NCBI GenBank assembly: GCA_020137815.1
Contig: CM035358.1
Location: 1,674,001-1,738,000, forward strand
Reading direction: 5' to 3'
DNA from: Hormiphora californensis
Lineage: Eukaryota > Animalia > Ctenophora
Length of the DNA stretch: 64,000 bases
Each line of letters begins with the position of its first letter. Positions within the stretch are counted from its first letter, which is position 1. The position numbers and the translations under genes were made by a program. Shown here piece after piece: positions 1 to 39,894 of the stretch. The notes beneath the pieces were generated by a model. It was not told where the DNA came from and did not search any database. It saw only the letters and a program-made list of their open reading frames with translations.

Positions 1-134
1 GAGTGAAAATTAATAAGAATAGAACAAATATAAGAATATCTATAGAAGTAGAACAAGATTAATAGCACCAAACATGAGTACATGCGACTAGACTTCCTAA
101 ACTTCACTTTAAATATTAACTAAACCTACAAATT

Positions 135-3101
135 TTATAAAATCGGCATTGGATATAAATTAAAGTTAAACTCTATATGAAAAAGTGTCTTAGATTCCTC
201 GATCTCCAAAGTCCTAAATAAAGGTACAGTTCTCTGAACAAGATTGACTGCTGTTTTTGAAAAGAAGAACTCGTGTAATTCCTGCAACCCTTGGAACATC
301 TGATCAAGAACCTTTCGCTTTGCCCTGAAATTAAATACGATTAGGCTACGAAAATATAACGAGATTAACTATGAAGAAATGATGTTCATTCAAAAACATG
401 AAACTAGTTGGAATGACATGCTAACAAGATACTCAGGTCATGCAATTGTAGGCATATCTTTGTAAAGAATAGAGAGGTGGACAAACCAGTGGTTTGAAAC
501 CACCAAGAAAGGGGCCGCCGGCGGTTCAACCGCACAAACGCCATAGTATAACATAAGCAACTCAGACCTTGAACCTTTGTAATATAGATTCAAGGTCAGA
601 GTTACTTTTAGGGATTCTCTCCCCAATCCCCATGCATGCTCCAGTCACAATACACTATCACTACATCATGTAACATGGACATACTCTCAGTTCGAACACG
701 GTTTGTCTTCTAGCCGCTCATACACAGATCTCGGTCGGAGGGTCTTTAGTACAAGCTTTCTACATGAAAATTAACTTTAGTACAAGCTTTCTAATGAAAA
801 TGAACTTTTGAGCGGGACTGATCGAAAAGAGGGGTAGGCCATTGTTCAATGGGGTTTTAATTCATTACACATTTACACATTAATCAATAATCTGACGACA
901 ATCTGAAATCAAGAGCTCAAATGATCAGTTTCCTACCTGTGCCAAAGTGTGAAGAGAACTCCCAGAAGTTGGACCACTGAAACAGCAATAACTGACATCC
1001 CAATATTGCGAACAATCCTGTTTATAAACTCTCCTGAAAACAATAGATTGGAATAATATATCAAATGAACTTTTTGTACTGGTTGAAGGGGGGGGGGGTC
1101 GAAGGGGGCTATGGAGCTATGGAGCTGTCAGGCCTTGTTGAGTAAGGGGGAAGACACTCTTCCCCCTTACTCAACAAGTCAGGCCACTGCTCTGACCACA
1201 GTTCTCGTTTGGCTCCATTGCAACCTATTCTCGCTCCGCGAAGAATAGGCTCCCGGCCTGTGGACAGCAAGAACTCACGTGCGCGCGATGTAAAGCACGT
1301 TTTCAGCAGTGGGACTATCAAATCGCGCGCGAAATACTGTTTTAGCAGGCATTTTTAGCCGACATAGCACTACCAAAACCCCAATTACCGCCTCAATTGG
1401 CACTTTGATGTATCGGCGGGTATTTTCCCATACTCACAAGGCCATGACGATTCACCCAGTACCCGCAGATTGTCCCAGGACCGAGTAGGAGCTTGCAGCC
1501 AGGTCTTTAAAGAATTGCTCATGTTTAGCGTCAATTTTGACCCACTATTCCTCAAATGCTGATATTCGCGGGTATTTTCCGTAAAACTAGAGACAATTAT
1601 CTGCCAGGAGCAACAAACGAGATGCAAATCGGTTCAGTAGTTCCTTGCAGCCAGGTCTTTGAAAAAGTTTGCTCTAAAATCAATAACGCGCCGGAGGCCT
1701 AGATGTGAGATCGATCTTGGTCGCTGCGCGACCTCGATCTCACTCAGGCATCAATGTGGCCAAAGTTCTCGTGCAGAACAGAAATGAAGAAGAAATGAGA
1801 ATAGGGTCAGGCATATGGAGGGGGGGGGGGGGGCGGCCAACGCTATTACAACTCTAGAGCCAAAAAAGGCATCAATCCTAATGATACCAACACAAACTTT
1901 CATGCGCCGTATGAGATGGGAGTCTGGACATCTACAATTACCTATTGCCTCGTTGCATCCAACTGAGTACATGACGTCACAGGATGACGTCACACAGCAG
2001 GAAGATGACGGGTCTTGTGATTCGTCTGAGGTGACTTCACAGCACTTTACTGTCCGTTGTATGGTGTCTATCACATAGTTGGATGTGGTATTGTCAGTGG
2101 TGGAGTTGGTGTAGTGGGCCATTTCACGGTGGTATAGGTGCCTGGTGTAATGGGGGGGGGGGGGGTCATAACATACATTTTACGGGGTTGATTCAATTTG
2201 AATCAGCAAATATCAACTTTTCACTTGCAAACCCTGCAACACACTACACCTAGTGTGCAGTACCTAAAGTTGTGCTTGGTACCATTGCCACCTATTTATA
2301 TGTATATGTGAGATCGATCTTACTCAGGTATCAATGTGACCTAAAGTTGTGCCCCCCTAGTACCCCCACAGAGCATGTAGAACCTGATGTTCGCAGTGGT
2401 AACACCCTCCTGATGGTATACAGTGATAGCAAGGGTAACGTCCACCAGCAGGACCAGGGTAACCAGAAGAAAGTAGATTAGGAGCATGTTCCTGTTTTGT
2501 CGGACTGAGCCGTAAAACCCAATTGGACCTATAGGTGGTTTGAGACAGGTAATAAAGAAAGTCGCCTTGCTCGACCCTCTCTCACCGACAAATATTGTAG
2601 ATAATTGTAGATAAGAGGAGGGTTAGAACATAGTAAGCACTGCACTGATCCCGGACCACCAGCTCAGAGAAGCAGCAACGAAACAATGTTTACCTATTAT
2701 GAAGATGAGGGATCCCAGTGTGAATAGTACTAGGGCGGCATGTCTGATAAGCTGGGTGGGCTCAGGAGATAGGTATTGCAGACTGTGTACTGAAGCCTGA
2801 CGGGGGAGATAGAGTGGGTTAGTGTTAGTGCCTAGTGGTAATGGGGAGAGATGAGAGTGGGTTAGTGGTAATGGGGGGGGGGGGGGTTAGTTAATGAATT
2901 AGGGGCAGTTTCAGATAGATCGAAAAGAATGTTCTATTCCTATTCCTCGAGTGACTCACTTAGTGAGTGTTAGAAATGCAATTTCACCTTTACAGTTAGC
3001 CCTGTCCATAAGACCACCCCACCAGACATCCAGAACAGTCCATTAAGGAGGAACAGGAACCACCGGACAAATCGGAAACAGTAGATCTCCTTTCTGTCCA
3101 T
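135..3101 (-). CDS. Tetraspanin, divergent paralog B. Exons 3101-2988, 2796-2694, 2528-2384, 2141-1942, 1033-937 and a tentative last exon 324-135
   Basis: GT/AG-bounded exons splice in frame: MDRKEIYCFRFVRWFLFLLNGLFWMSGGVVLWTGLTVK / ...LVLFTLGSLIFII / GPIGFYGSVRQNRNMLLIYFLLVTLVLLVD... / ...IQRTVKCCEV...SSCCVTSSC...GCNEAI / GEFINRIVRNIGMSVIAVSVVQLLGVLF. Four-TM tetraspanin layout. Last exon uncertain. Confidence 0.85.
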
Positions 3102-4366
3102 ACTGTGGTGTTTGAGCCTGTAACAGCCGTTAGAGGGATCCAAAAAAGAGGGAAGAAAGATAGAAAAAAGATAGAGGAGAAGAAAAAAGATAGAGGAGAA
3201 GAAAAAGGATAAAAAGAAAATAAAGGAGAGTATATGGGAAAAAGGAAACTCGCATCTTATGATATACAAACTATATTTAACATTCACATAATCATAGAAA
3301 ATTTAAGAAAATACTTGAGTAGAAAAATGATAGTAAAAACTTTTTGACATATTTTTAAAAAGATGAGTAAATGATGATGATGTGTCTGAATCAGACTCTG
3401 ATCACTAGTAATATCCCCGCATACAAGAAAAAACAACATGGAAAGTCCAACATTTTTTGTCCATCGGGGCGTAATTGGGCACTTTTCCAATCTCTCTCAC
3501 CCTCTCTCTTTGTGCCGTTTATCATAGACAAACCCCGGGTATCATGCTTCGAGTTTTCTACACGGTGTATGGTTCGTATTCGTCTCTCTTCATTATGTAT
3601 GTTCTAAAGGGGAGGATATATTCAATAAGTTGTGGGACAGGTTGATAGTCTGAGTAAAGCTGAGTGAAGCTAATTCTATACGAATCATGCGAGAGGTGGG
3701 AAGAAATAGGGAAGGGGTTGGGATTATAGCAACACAGTGATAGACCATGTGTCATGCTGGAAAGAAAATGGGAAAGACGTAATTTTGGTAGTGAAGTACA
3801 CAATACATAACAGAATGAGGTGAAATGAGGCCGAGGATTGATGAGATATATCACGTGGACCAGAAAAGATCATATCATTCTTTTCTTTGAGAATTCAAGA
3901 CTGCATTACCGCCAGAGAGGTATCATGCAAATATTACCCAACAATAGTTTTACAGTGAGTGGGGTTCTTCATATACAGTCCTCTTTAGAATCAGGGTTCT
4001 ATTAATTGGGAAGGGGGAGTTATAATTTAGGGTTCTATAATTGTTGGGAATCTTGTTTTCTTTAAAGTGCCGGGAAGGAACATTTTGGTCATAAACACCT
4101 CATCATAATCCCAGGGTTTGTTATGTTCAAACCCTCCCTTTACGTTGTAAAGGGAGGGTGGTAGGAGTGTATTTCATAGTACAATGAGTAACTCGGGTGA
4201 CTTGGGTGACATGATATGAGACCTATACAAGGCCAGAGTCGAGAATAAAACCGTTATTGGACTGCTATATATCGACCTTGTACTATTTGAACTAAGCTGA
4301 GACCAACAACGATAACTACTTAGTTACTTACAGAAGTAAGTAACTAAACAATATATGTCCCAGTAC

Positions 4367-4516
4367 CTGAGGTAGCAAGCGAAGAGCATTCCGAGGAGCT
4401 GGATAACAGCGATGGCGAGGACTCCAAATCCAATGTATTGGGTGTTCGAGTTGACAAAGTTTTCTGAAAAAGAGGAGAGGTGAATAATAACTGAGAATAT
4501 AGGATTGTGTGTACAC

Positions 4517-4603
<87 letters not shown>

Positions 4604-6208
4604 AACAAAGAAACAAAAAACAAACAGACACCAAAAAGCCCACACATACCGATGACTCCAATGCACCCTTCTTTGTAAGTAATTCCATAATCACAGCTAT
4701 CTTGCTTATCTACGGGGCAACAGGAAGCGGGTGGTGAAGTAGAATAATTGGAATACGTTTCCCAGTCAGTAGGATCCGTAGCTCCACAACATTTCAAACT
4801 TGACTGGAAAGTATTGACGACATCAATACATTCCGAGTGTAGGGGAGCAGTTTCGTTGTAGTACTTGGACATGCAATCTTTAAACTCATCCCTGGGGGGA
4901 ATTAGGTCAAATTATAATTTTCAAAAGTCGAAACAAACAATTCACCATTGTGTAGGACCATTATTCCACTCACAGATCAACAAAAACAATCAATCCACAA
5001 ACACTCACGTGAACACAGTCTCGACACTGTCCTTCTTCACATAAATGGTGATGGCCAGGACGATCTCAACTAGGAAGATAATGGTGACCAGAGCGAAGTA
5101 GAGAAGCAGCATGCACCTGTTCTGGGTTAGAGATCCGCAACATCCCAGCAGACCTGGTGGGGTATAGGATTAGAACGGTGTAACTGTGGGTGAATAGCTG
5201 GTTACTATGGTAACTAGACGTATGAATGGTTGGTTACTATGGTAACTAGGAGAATCATTAACTGGTTACTATGGTGAGTAGAAGCATTATTAGTTGGTTG
5301 GTAACTAAGATAACAGCTCACATCAAACGTTCACCTACCAATGACAAACACGATGCATCCCAGTGTAATGAGGAATAGAGATGCAGAGTTCAATGTGTCC
5401 TCTGAGACGTTAGCATCTGGCAACTTTCCAATGGACACCTGAACAACGAGCCGGGAGTCATAATATTATTAATAGAGGATAGAGAGACACCTGAACAAAG
5501 AGCCGGGAGTTTTTAAAGCAATATCGATAGAGGATAGAAAGGGATCAGAGAGAGAGTTTTTTTATAAATCTATCATAAATATTAGGGCATAATATAGGGT
5601 TGGTAAAGGGCATATTACAAAGGTTGGTAAAGGTAAAAAGAGGGGAGAATATTAAAGCCGGCAAATAAATTATATAAGATAGAAAATGAGGTTTAGAGCG
5701 AATATATATAGGACTTGGGAGGGACAGGGCCACGTCGACGTGTCGGAAAAATGGGATTATACCCGGATTATAATTCGGGTAATTTTATTATGTTTAGTTA
5801 AACAAATAACGGGCCATACTGAGAGAGCTATAAAACTATAAATATATGTTGGAGCGAGAATGAAGAGACGGTGTGTGTGTGACAAAGAGAGAGATCATTA
5901 GGAGTGGGGGCCACGCTCCAGAGTTTTAGGAGGCTCCAGAGAGAGGCACAGAAAAAGATGTGTGCCGCGAGATTTACCGTGGGACGGGGGAATTATTTGT
6001 TGTAGAGGGCCATAAATAGTTATTTATTGGACGAAGGATTAAATATCTCACAGAAAAGGCCTTTGTGTAATGGTAACCATGGTTACCATTACACATTAAC
6101 CATGGTTACCTTAACGTAGATTCCGATTCCGAGGATGGCACCACCGGCAGCCCAGAATATGAAGTTCAATAGGAACAGGATCATCCTAATGAACTCACCG
6201 CAGCAGAC
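4367..6208 (-). CDS. Tetraspanin, paralog A. Exons 6208-6110, 5438-5339, 5153-5009, 4891-4650, 4463-4367; first and last exons unresolved
   Basis: Spliced translation: VCCGEFIRMILFLLNFIFWAAGGAILGIGIYVK / ...FLITLGCIVFVI / GLLGCCGSLTQNRCMLLLYF...EIVLAI / ...FQSSLKCCGATDPTDW...PASCC...C...GCIGVI / ...IQLLGMLFACYL. Canonical CCG, PxSCC and GC motifs. Confidence 0.92.
4521..4630. repeat. (ACAG)n microsatellite in a tetraspanin intron
   Basis: Visible tandem ACAG run. Confidence 0.95.
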
Positions 6209-6563
6209 CTGTAAACTATTCATGTTGCTATAGAGAGAGATGGGTGGGTTATTACAGGCTATAGAGAGAGAGGGAGAGAGATGGGTGGGTTATTTGTTTT
6301 GTAGTACCAGGGAGTGGGTGAAATTGAAGCAAGGTCAAGGAAAGAGGGGGCGGGTAAAGACAGAAGACCATTGACAAAGACACAGTTCTACACTATATAC
6401 AAGGTACGGTATAAGGTACAGTTCTACAACAATAATGTGAAAGGTCCTTGGTCGCTATGGTGACATACCTTGGGCACGTCGCGCCCCTCATGTACAGGCA
6501 ATGACAAACCGTAAACTCTGGATCAGCTGTATAGGGCTGATGGCACCGTCCGTGGTAGAGACA

Positions 6564-6753
6564 TGTTGAGGGGGTGATCCCTGTAGTGATCTCACGTGGT
6601 TCGAAGTTTGGTCAGGCATAGAAGACTCAGGATGTTACAAAGGTGAACAAATTTCAATTAAACAAAATTTATTGAAATTTGTTCACCTTTATAACATCCT
6701 GAGTCTTCTATGCCTGATCAAACTTCGAACCACGTGAGAACACCCCCTCAACA
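6564..6753. mobile_element. Hairpin MITE (~190 bp near-perfect palindrome)
   Basis: tgttgaggggg...tctcacgtggttcgaagtttg...gtgaacaaatttcaat is mirrored by attgaaatttgttcac...caaacttcgaaccacgtgaga...ccccctcaaca. Confidence 0.75.
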
Positions 6754-7950
6754 CGGGTACCGTAAAGTTCATTTGTTGGACTAAAATCGACACAAAAATA
6801 CTGTTAACATAATAAAACCCGCATCAGCTACTTAATGCATACCAGGGTAGAAAAACAAACAACCACACACACATTAACATACCACATGATAAAGAATAAC
6901 ATTCACAAAAACCCGATCAATTGCCAGGCTATGACTGTTACAGTCAGTTTACAGTAATCTCGGATTATAGACTCGAATCTCGATCTGTTATTATTTGGCC
7001 GCCCCGGTGCATGTAACATTTCAACCGATTAGATGATTGATGCATGTTACAGACCCTCTACTAATGCAGCCACAACGCACGAGACAACAAAAACAGTCAA
7101 AACTAAACAGACAGTAAAAAAGTGAAGCTTGTTCAGATAACACTGATAGCAGTGTGACATGACACACACACAAGTAACATGATTTTTACATCCTACTTGC
7201 AGTTATCTAATACCCACGTGCAGCAGAGAGAGGTAAAGTGAGATAGAAGTTACAGACTGTGAGAGAGAAAGGTATAGATCATGTGATTTGATCACGTGCC
7301 AGGTGTAACTTTATCCGCGAAACTCCATTTCTAGTTCCTGGAAGAAGATCAACTTCCCCCGCTGCAGCACTACTCTTTCAGACTTAGCTCATGATACTGC
7401 ACATGACAAAGTGGCACACATATTGAGAGGTATTAAACAAACAAATGTAGACAGTGCAGTGATGTGTGTGTGTGTGAGGAGTTTCAAGAACAACCAATTC
7501 TAGGGAAAAAGAGGGGATGCCGGATGGGTTAGGGGTATAGAATCCAAAACTAGCAGAATTTCGGTTATCTGGAACGGTGAATTCATTACCTAGCTCGCAC
7601 CAGAAACTTTACTGTGCTGGACAATGATGTGGAGTAAAGGTTGGGGAACATGCCATTAGGGGTGGGGAACAAGCCATTAGCTAGGTTGGAAGTAAAAAAC
7701 TGGTAATTTTAATGGATACCACCCGGAAGAGATAATGAAATTAATTAACTTATTTAACACACAACACATAATTTAAACTTTAAAACGCAGTTGAGAAAAT
7801 AGGTCGACATGTCGATGAAGATGACCGGTATTATTTATAGACCCGATGGTGGTCCTTGAGGTTGAGTGGAACACCCTTCGAAAGAACTCCCTGCCCATTG
7901 ATTCCTTCCTGTAAATGAAGCCCACATGTTGTAGCCCACAATAAAACATG

Positions 7951-34788
<26,838 letters not shown>

Positions 34789-35064
34789 TGGCTAAAGCAG
34801 GTGTTAAATTAGTGATCTGATATCTCTCAGCCGGCCACTACACTTTCACACGAGGCCGTCAGGTCTCATGTGATGGCAGGGACCAGTCTAATCTCCCAGA
34901 TCCTGTTGAACCAAAGGGCCCGAAGAGTCTGCGGAGTTAGGCTAGGTTGAACAATGTACATCTCTCTTCCTCCCCTTTTTCTCAAATAAAACCCTGGAGT
35001 TAATCCAGAGTCCGGCGCTACTTATAAGAAGTAGCAGAAGAAGACTTTTCACACACTAAGTTAC
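34789..35064. promoter_or_regulatory. Probable bidirectional promoter between UBA5 and the SID-1-like gene
   Basis: The divergent ATGs are only 276 bp apart. Inferred from gene geometry; no specific site identified. Confidence 0.5.
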
Positions 35065-38000
35065 ATGTTTCCCCTTGTTTTGTCTGTATTACTAGCCTCT
35101 GTCTGCAGTCAGGAGTTGGCCTGGTCAGGATCCCTGACAAGCGGTCATGCGGGCAGAACGGAGAATATCACAATTTCCGCGGTGTCTCTTCTGGAAGTAT
35201 CACTACAATGTACCTCAACCGGGTATCTAACAGCAGCCCTGCGAAACAGTGAAACTGGGCAACATTTGGTTATGGTGAGCTCTAGTTGCGATGGGGAGTT
35301 GGTGAGGGCCATATCTTCAGAACCTATTAGAGAGACAGTTACTGTGTTATGGGAACTAACAGGTGTGTTACCCTGGTAACGTACGATACTATGGTGGTTT
35401 GATTTCCTATTATTGTTCCCAGATCGAACCATTGTTGCTATGTCCTATGGTGATAAAATATTATTATTCAGGAGTAAAAGGTACAAAAGTAGACTTCACC
35501 AGCATGCTAACAAAGCGGCAGATCGAAATGGAAGATCGAGCACAGTCAGTCATCCTGGACAGTAACGTTATGACAATCCTGTCATTCAACATATCGGGGA
35601 GCGGTAAAAGTCAGTCATATCTCACTGTACGTGTAGATAGGGTAGACAATGGGACGGAGCAAGGCTCGTTTCTTGTAACGCAGAGTTTCGACAGTATCAG
35701 ATCGAGATTTGGTAACAACAATGACACAAGATTTACACCATACTCCACGCAAACACTCAGTAGGTTTTTCAATGTTTTGATACTAAATCAGTAGTAATTT
35801 TTTAGTTGTTTCCTTTCATATTCAAATCCTAGCAGGATACTTGTTGAATACTATAATAAAAAGTATTAATACTTTTTATAGTTTTCAACCCTATATTTTC
35901 TTATCTACCACCTAGGTTTTCTTAGTTTCGGGGCGTTTACTCTATCCAAAGCTTCCAGCCCGGCGCTCAAAGACGGCACCTGGTACTTGGGACTCCTAGG
36001 AACATCAGGTACGTTTTGGAAATGTTCTGAAACTTAAAACACTCATTATTAGTGACATGACAACTAGGTTACGCTGACTGAAAACATGATATATTTGAAG
36101 TACTGCTTTTCTAATCTTCTGATTACTAAAACAATCTCTGTTGCCAAGGCAACGTGACAGTCAGCTGGACTCTGGTTACAAACTACAGTTACAACGCAAG
36201 GATTATTGTTCTTGTCATTGCGGCACTTCTGGGTAAGAAATATTATATCTTTACTTGTCGATGCAATTTCCTACGGCCGAAAAGGGCCCGTCGCTTACTC
36301 TCTGTTTATACAATTCATTGTTCACAACTACGTATAGTAATCGCATTCATAAACATAGAACAGTTTTCTGTAACCTGTTTCAATCTGGTTTTTCAGGGGC
36401 TGTTTTCCCGTTGATAAGTGGAGTCGTATTTGACTACAACAACCACAAGAACTGGACTAAAATAAAGTTAGTAAAACTGAGATAATGGGAATTTATGGCA
36501 TCATTGAACATCTCACTTTTTGTAACACATAATATCAAACAGGTTGGTAGAGTGGCGGAAGGCTATCTTGAACTGGGTGTGGAGGGGAGAGAAACGGTAT
36601 CCTTACCATATGTTACTACTAACTGTTCTAGTCAGTGTGGGAGCATTCCAGGTGAGATTAGTGGTAACCATGGTAACCATGGTCCAAGGTAACCATGGTA
36701 ACCCTTACCATGTGTTTTGTTTTAGGTTGTGAGGGCCAGGTGGAACGAGATGCAGGAGTACGGGGACAGGGATATTTGTGTTTATAACGAGAAATGCTAC
36801 CGACCATACGGTTAATAGTTTAGTTTAGTTCGTGTAAAACGTATTGAATTGATTCACCGTGGTAACAGAACTAAACGATTTAACCCTGGTTATCATGGTA
36901 CCGTTCTGAATCTTGAAATAGCCCTACTATGGTAACCATGGTAACCCTAACTCTCTCAGAGCACTACGATGTGACGGTAAACAACTGTGCCAGTAATCTC
37001 CCCTTTGTGGTACACGGAGTAATACTGATCATCTACTACTCTCTTTGTGAAGCTCACTGCCGCTCCGTTGGACACAAGCACTACGATTACGGGCTGCCCT
37101 ACGCCTTTGGGTTGACTCTAGTTGCGGAAGGGATCGGGTCTTTCCTCTACCATATCTGTCCTAGTCAGATTATCTTCCAGGTGGGTCACAAAGCTTCTAT
37201 TTCATTGTATTTAGAGAACAATGTTGTTTTTACTTTTTAGGCTTGTTACATTGACGGGTGTTAAGTCTTGAGTCCACTAAAACTTTGCAGTCGTTAACAT
37301 AATAGTACCACCAAGTTAGTACCCACCAAGTTAGTACCTAACGCCTAACGGTTTTGTTTCAAACTCTTTGTTTCAGTTTGATACTATGTTCATGTTCATC
37401 ATTTCCATCTTACAAATCGTCGGGATATTCGAAGGATACTCAGCTCGACGGGACGACGTTATTTACAGGTCAGACATGTTCACTTGATCCACGGCTATTA
37501 CCGTTCTGAAGGTCCCCGCGGCCCGGCCCAGTTCCTAAAATAATCATTAGTGCCAGGTATTTCATCTTAACGTTAGTATTTGATCTTATTGAGTTTTTCT
37601 CAGATATAACATGGAGTTTGCCCCGAAATCCCTGGAACCGAACAAGGTTGTGTGTTTCTTTGTTGGACCTGTCTACTTTTTTAACTGGGTTGGAAACTGG
37701 AGCCAGAGTACACAAGGTGGGGTTCGAAACGTTTTACCTAATTCCATTTGTACTAGACCGTTCGACGTTCGTTCTACTGCTAGAATGTAGAAGTGTACTC
37801 AAAAGTCCTCAACTTTGGGAGCTGAGATGTTGCAAGATCGCGTACAGAGAGTAGTGCAACAAGACTGTTATTTTAAGGTTTACCCCTCGCCCTGGACGTG
37901 TGCTTCTACCTTGGTTATGCGCTCTGGTTGGTGTGTATCCTGGGCTGGGCGGGATACAAGCTCTCCATAGTACGAATACCATTCCTTCCCAATCCGGAAC

Positions 38001-39040
38001 CAACACAACTAGCAACTCCTGAGGATGGAATAATTCTGGAGAGAATCTTTACACCAACTTCATTTACAGTACGTAAACACAACTTACTGTTCTCCCGGAA
38101 AGGGTGACTCTCGACCCGTTTGTAGTGCAGTTAACTGAAAAAAGCACCATTCCATTAAAACCACTGATACCCTCTTAGAAAGTACAGCGACGTCAAAGGC
38201 AGATTTTTAAGGCCGTGTTATACGGTCTATATTGCGTTGTGTGTGTTGTAGGGATGTGTCTGACCTACTATGGAACTGTTCCCTTCTCAATTTATCTGCT
38301 TGGAATACTTATTGTCGCAGTAATGGTAACTACATTGATTGTAACAAACAGTTTATCAGTTTATATTTTGTTAGACTAATCGCTAGAACTACTAGACGTA
38401 GCTACTGCACTGTCAATTGATTCTTAAAAAGTCGATAAGTTTATTGTTGACCAGCTGCTTCTTTCCCCCCAAGGGTACAACTGTCATCACATTTATCCCA
38501 CTGATGAGAAGACTGGTGGTATGGGTCCAACTGAACCACTCCGGACAAGCCCACTCCTGTGGGGGACTTCAATTCTGGGGTACAAACACCATCGTTATCA
38601 TTGTTGTTATGATTGGATATGTTGGCATTGGCGTACTTTTCAGCGCCACCTCCCTCGTTTTCTTTACCCTCTTTGAAGATACGGATAAATCTCTTGATGC
38701 ATGGAAATCGAGAGCTTTAAATGATGATTGTTTTGTGGATAACTTCTACACAACTCATGATTTGTGGCACGTTGGAGCCTCGTACTCTCTCATGATCATG
38801 ATTTTGCTAAACGTGCACATTGGAAAGCCGTGTAGAGATTGTTATCTGTCATATCTGAGTCAATCAGAGCAGGAAGCCGTTAAACATATATCTCTGTGTT
38901 GGAGGGGAGAGAAGCTATCGACAGCCGCCAAGCAGAAAGTACACAAAGTCAGCGAGGTTGGAAGAATTATTAGAAACAAAATCAGTCGGCAGGAAGGAGT
39001 TGCCATTGAAAGTGTACCGGAAATTGAAGAAATTGCTTAA
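35065..39040 (+). CDS. SID-1/SIDT (ChUP) transmembrane family protein, multi-exon
   Basis: Signal peptide MFPLVLSVLLASVCS. Exons give GDRDICVYNEKCYRP..VNNCASNLPF (36726-37010), YGLPYAFGLTLVAEGIGSFLYHICPSQIIFQ|FDTMFMFII (37090-37400) and SRALNDDCFVDNFYTTHDLWHVGAS (38710-38780). These correspond to the SIDT motifs DICYYN..C..P..NN..SN, EG..S..YH.CP...FQFDT.FM and SR..N..C.....HD.WH. Some internal exon borders are uncertain. Confidence 0.9.
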
Positions 39041-39119
39041 AATTTAGGAATTGAAAGCTTTTGATGTCATTTTATTTTTGTTAAATCGTAAAACTTTTCT
39101 TTTGATTCATGATTGCACC

Positions 39120-39585
39120 TTAAAGGTTGACAAGATACCTAAAACTTTTCGTATATCGTCTTATTTTGATTTATCATTAATTTTCAGCATTTTTTCAGAA
39201 TTTTTTGTCGGCTAGAAATATGTGCAAAATAGGGGGTCTACTGACAAATGAGTGTGCCTTTTTTAAAATTGATAACGTAATATCTCCGGTTCCTGATGAG
39301 ATACAGAAACCGTTTTGGTAGCGTTGGAAAGGTCTTATTGAGACCAATCCAACGCAACCAAGATCAAGTCTTTATCTTTTGAGGAACCGGAAACGTGAAT
39401 TTCAATTTGCGAGACGCAGTGAGTGTGCCCAGTAAAACCAGTGCTGACAATATCGGTAGACCCCCTATTTCGAATTTTTTTCTAGGGCTCTAGCCGACAA
39501 AAAATTCTGAAAAAATGCTGAAAATTAATGATAAATCAAAATAAGACGATATACGAAAAGTTTTAGGTATCTTGTCAACCTTTAA
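39120..39585. mobile_element. TTAA-flanked MITE (Kolobok-like), copy 2
   Basis: TTAA-AGGTTGACAAGATACCTAAAACTTTTCG ... CGAAAAGTTTTAGGTATCTTGTCAACCT-TTAA, with ~90-bp TIRs. Confidence 0.88.
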
Positions 39586-39894
39586 AGACCAACTGCCAAC
39601 ACTTCTCCAAAACGGACAAATAGCTATTCATTCCTAGATGTGCCGCTCACTGCACAGCTGTTATCTCCACCTCCCTCTGGCAGCCTGCCACAAAATATTG
39701 TAGCGATTATAATATTGAAAATATTCAAATCGCTTTGGAGCGAAAAGTGTTTATCTCGATCAACTTATATTATTATTATTATTAACTCTAAAATGTATAC
39801 ATTACATATACTGCCCCTTTTTTGTGGGCAAAACGGATAGCCATTAATAAGTCCCATTAGAAGTCTCTTCAGTGCACATGTCACTGATTAGAAG

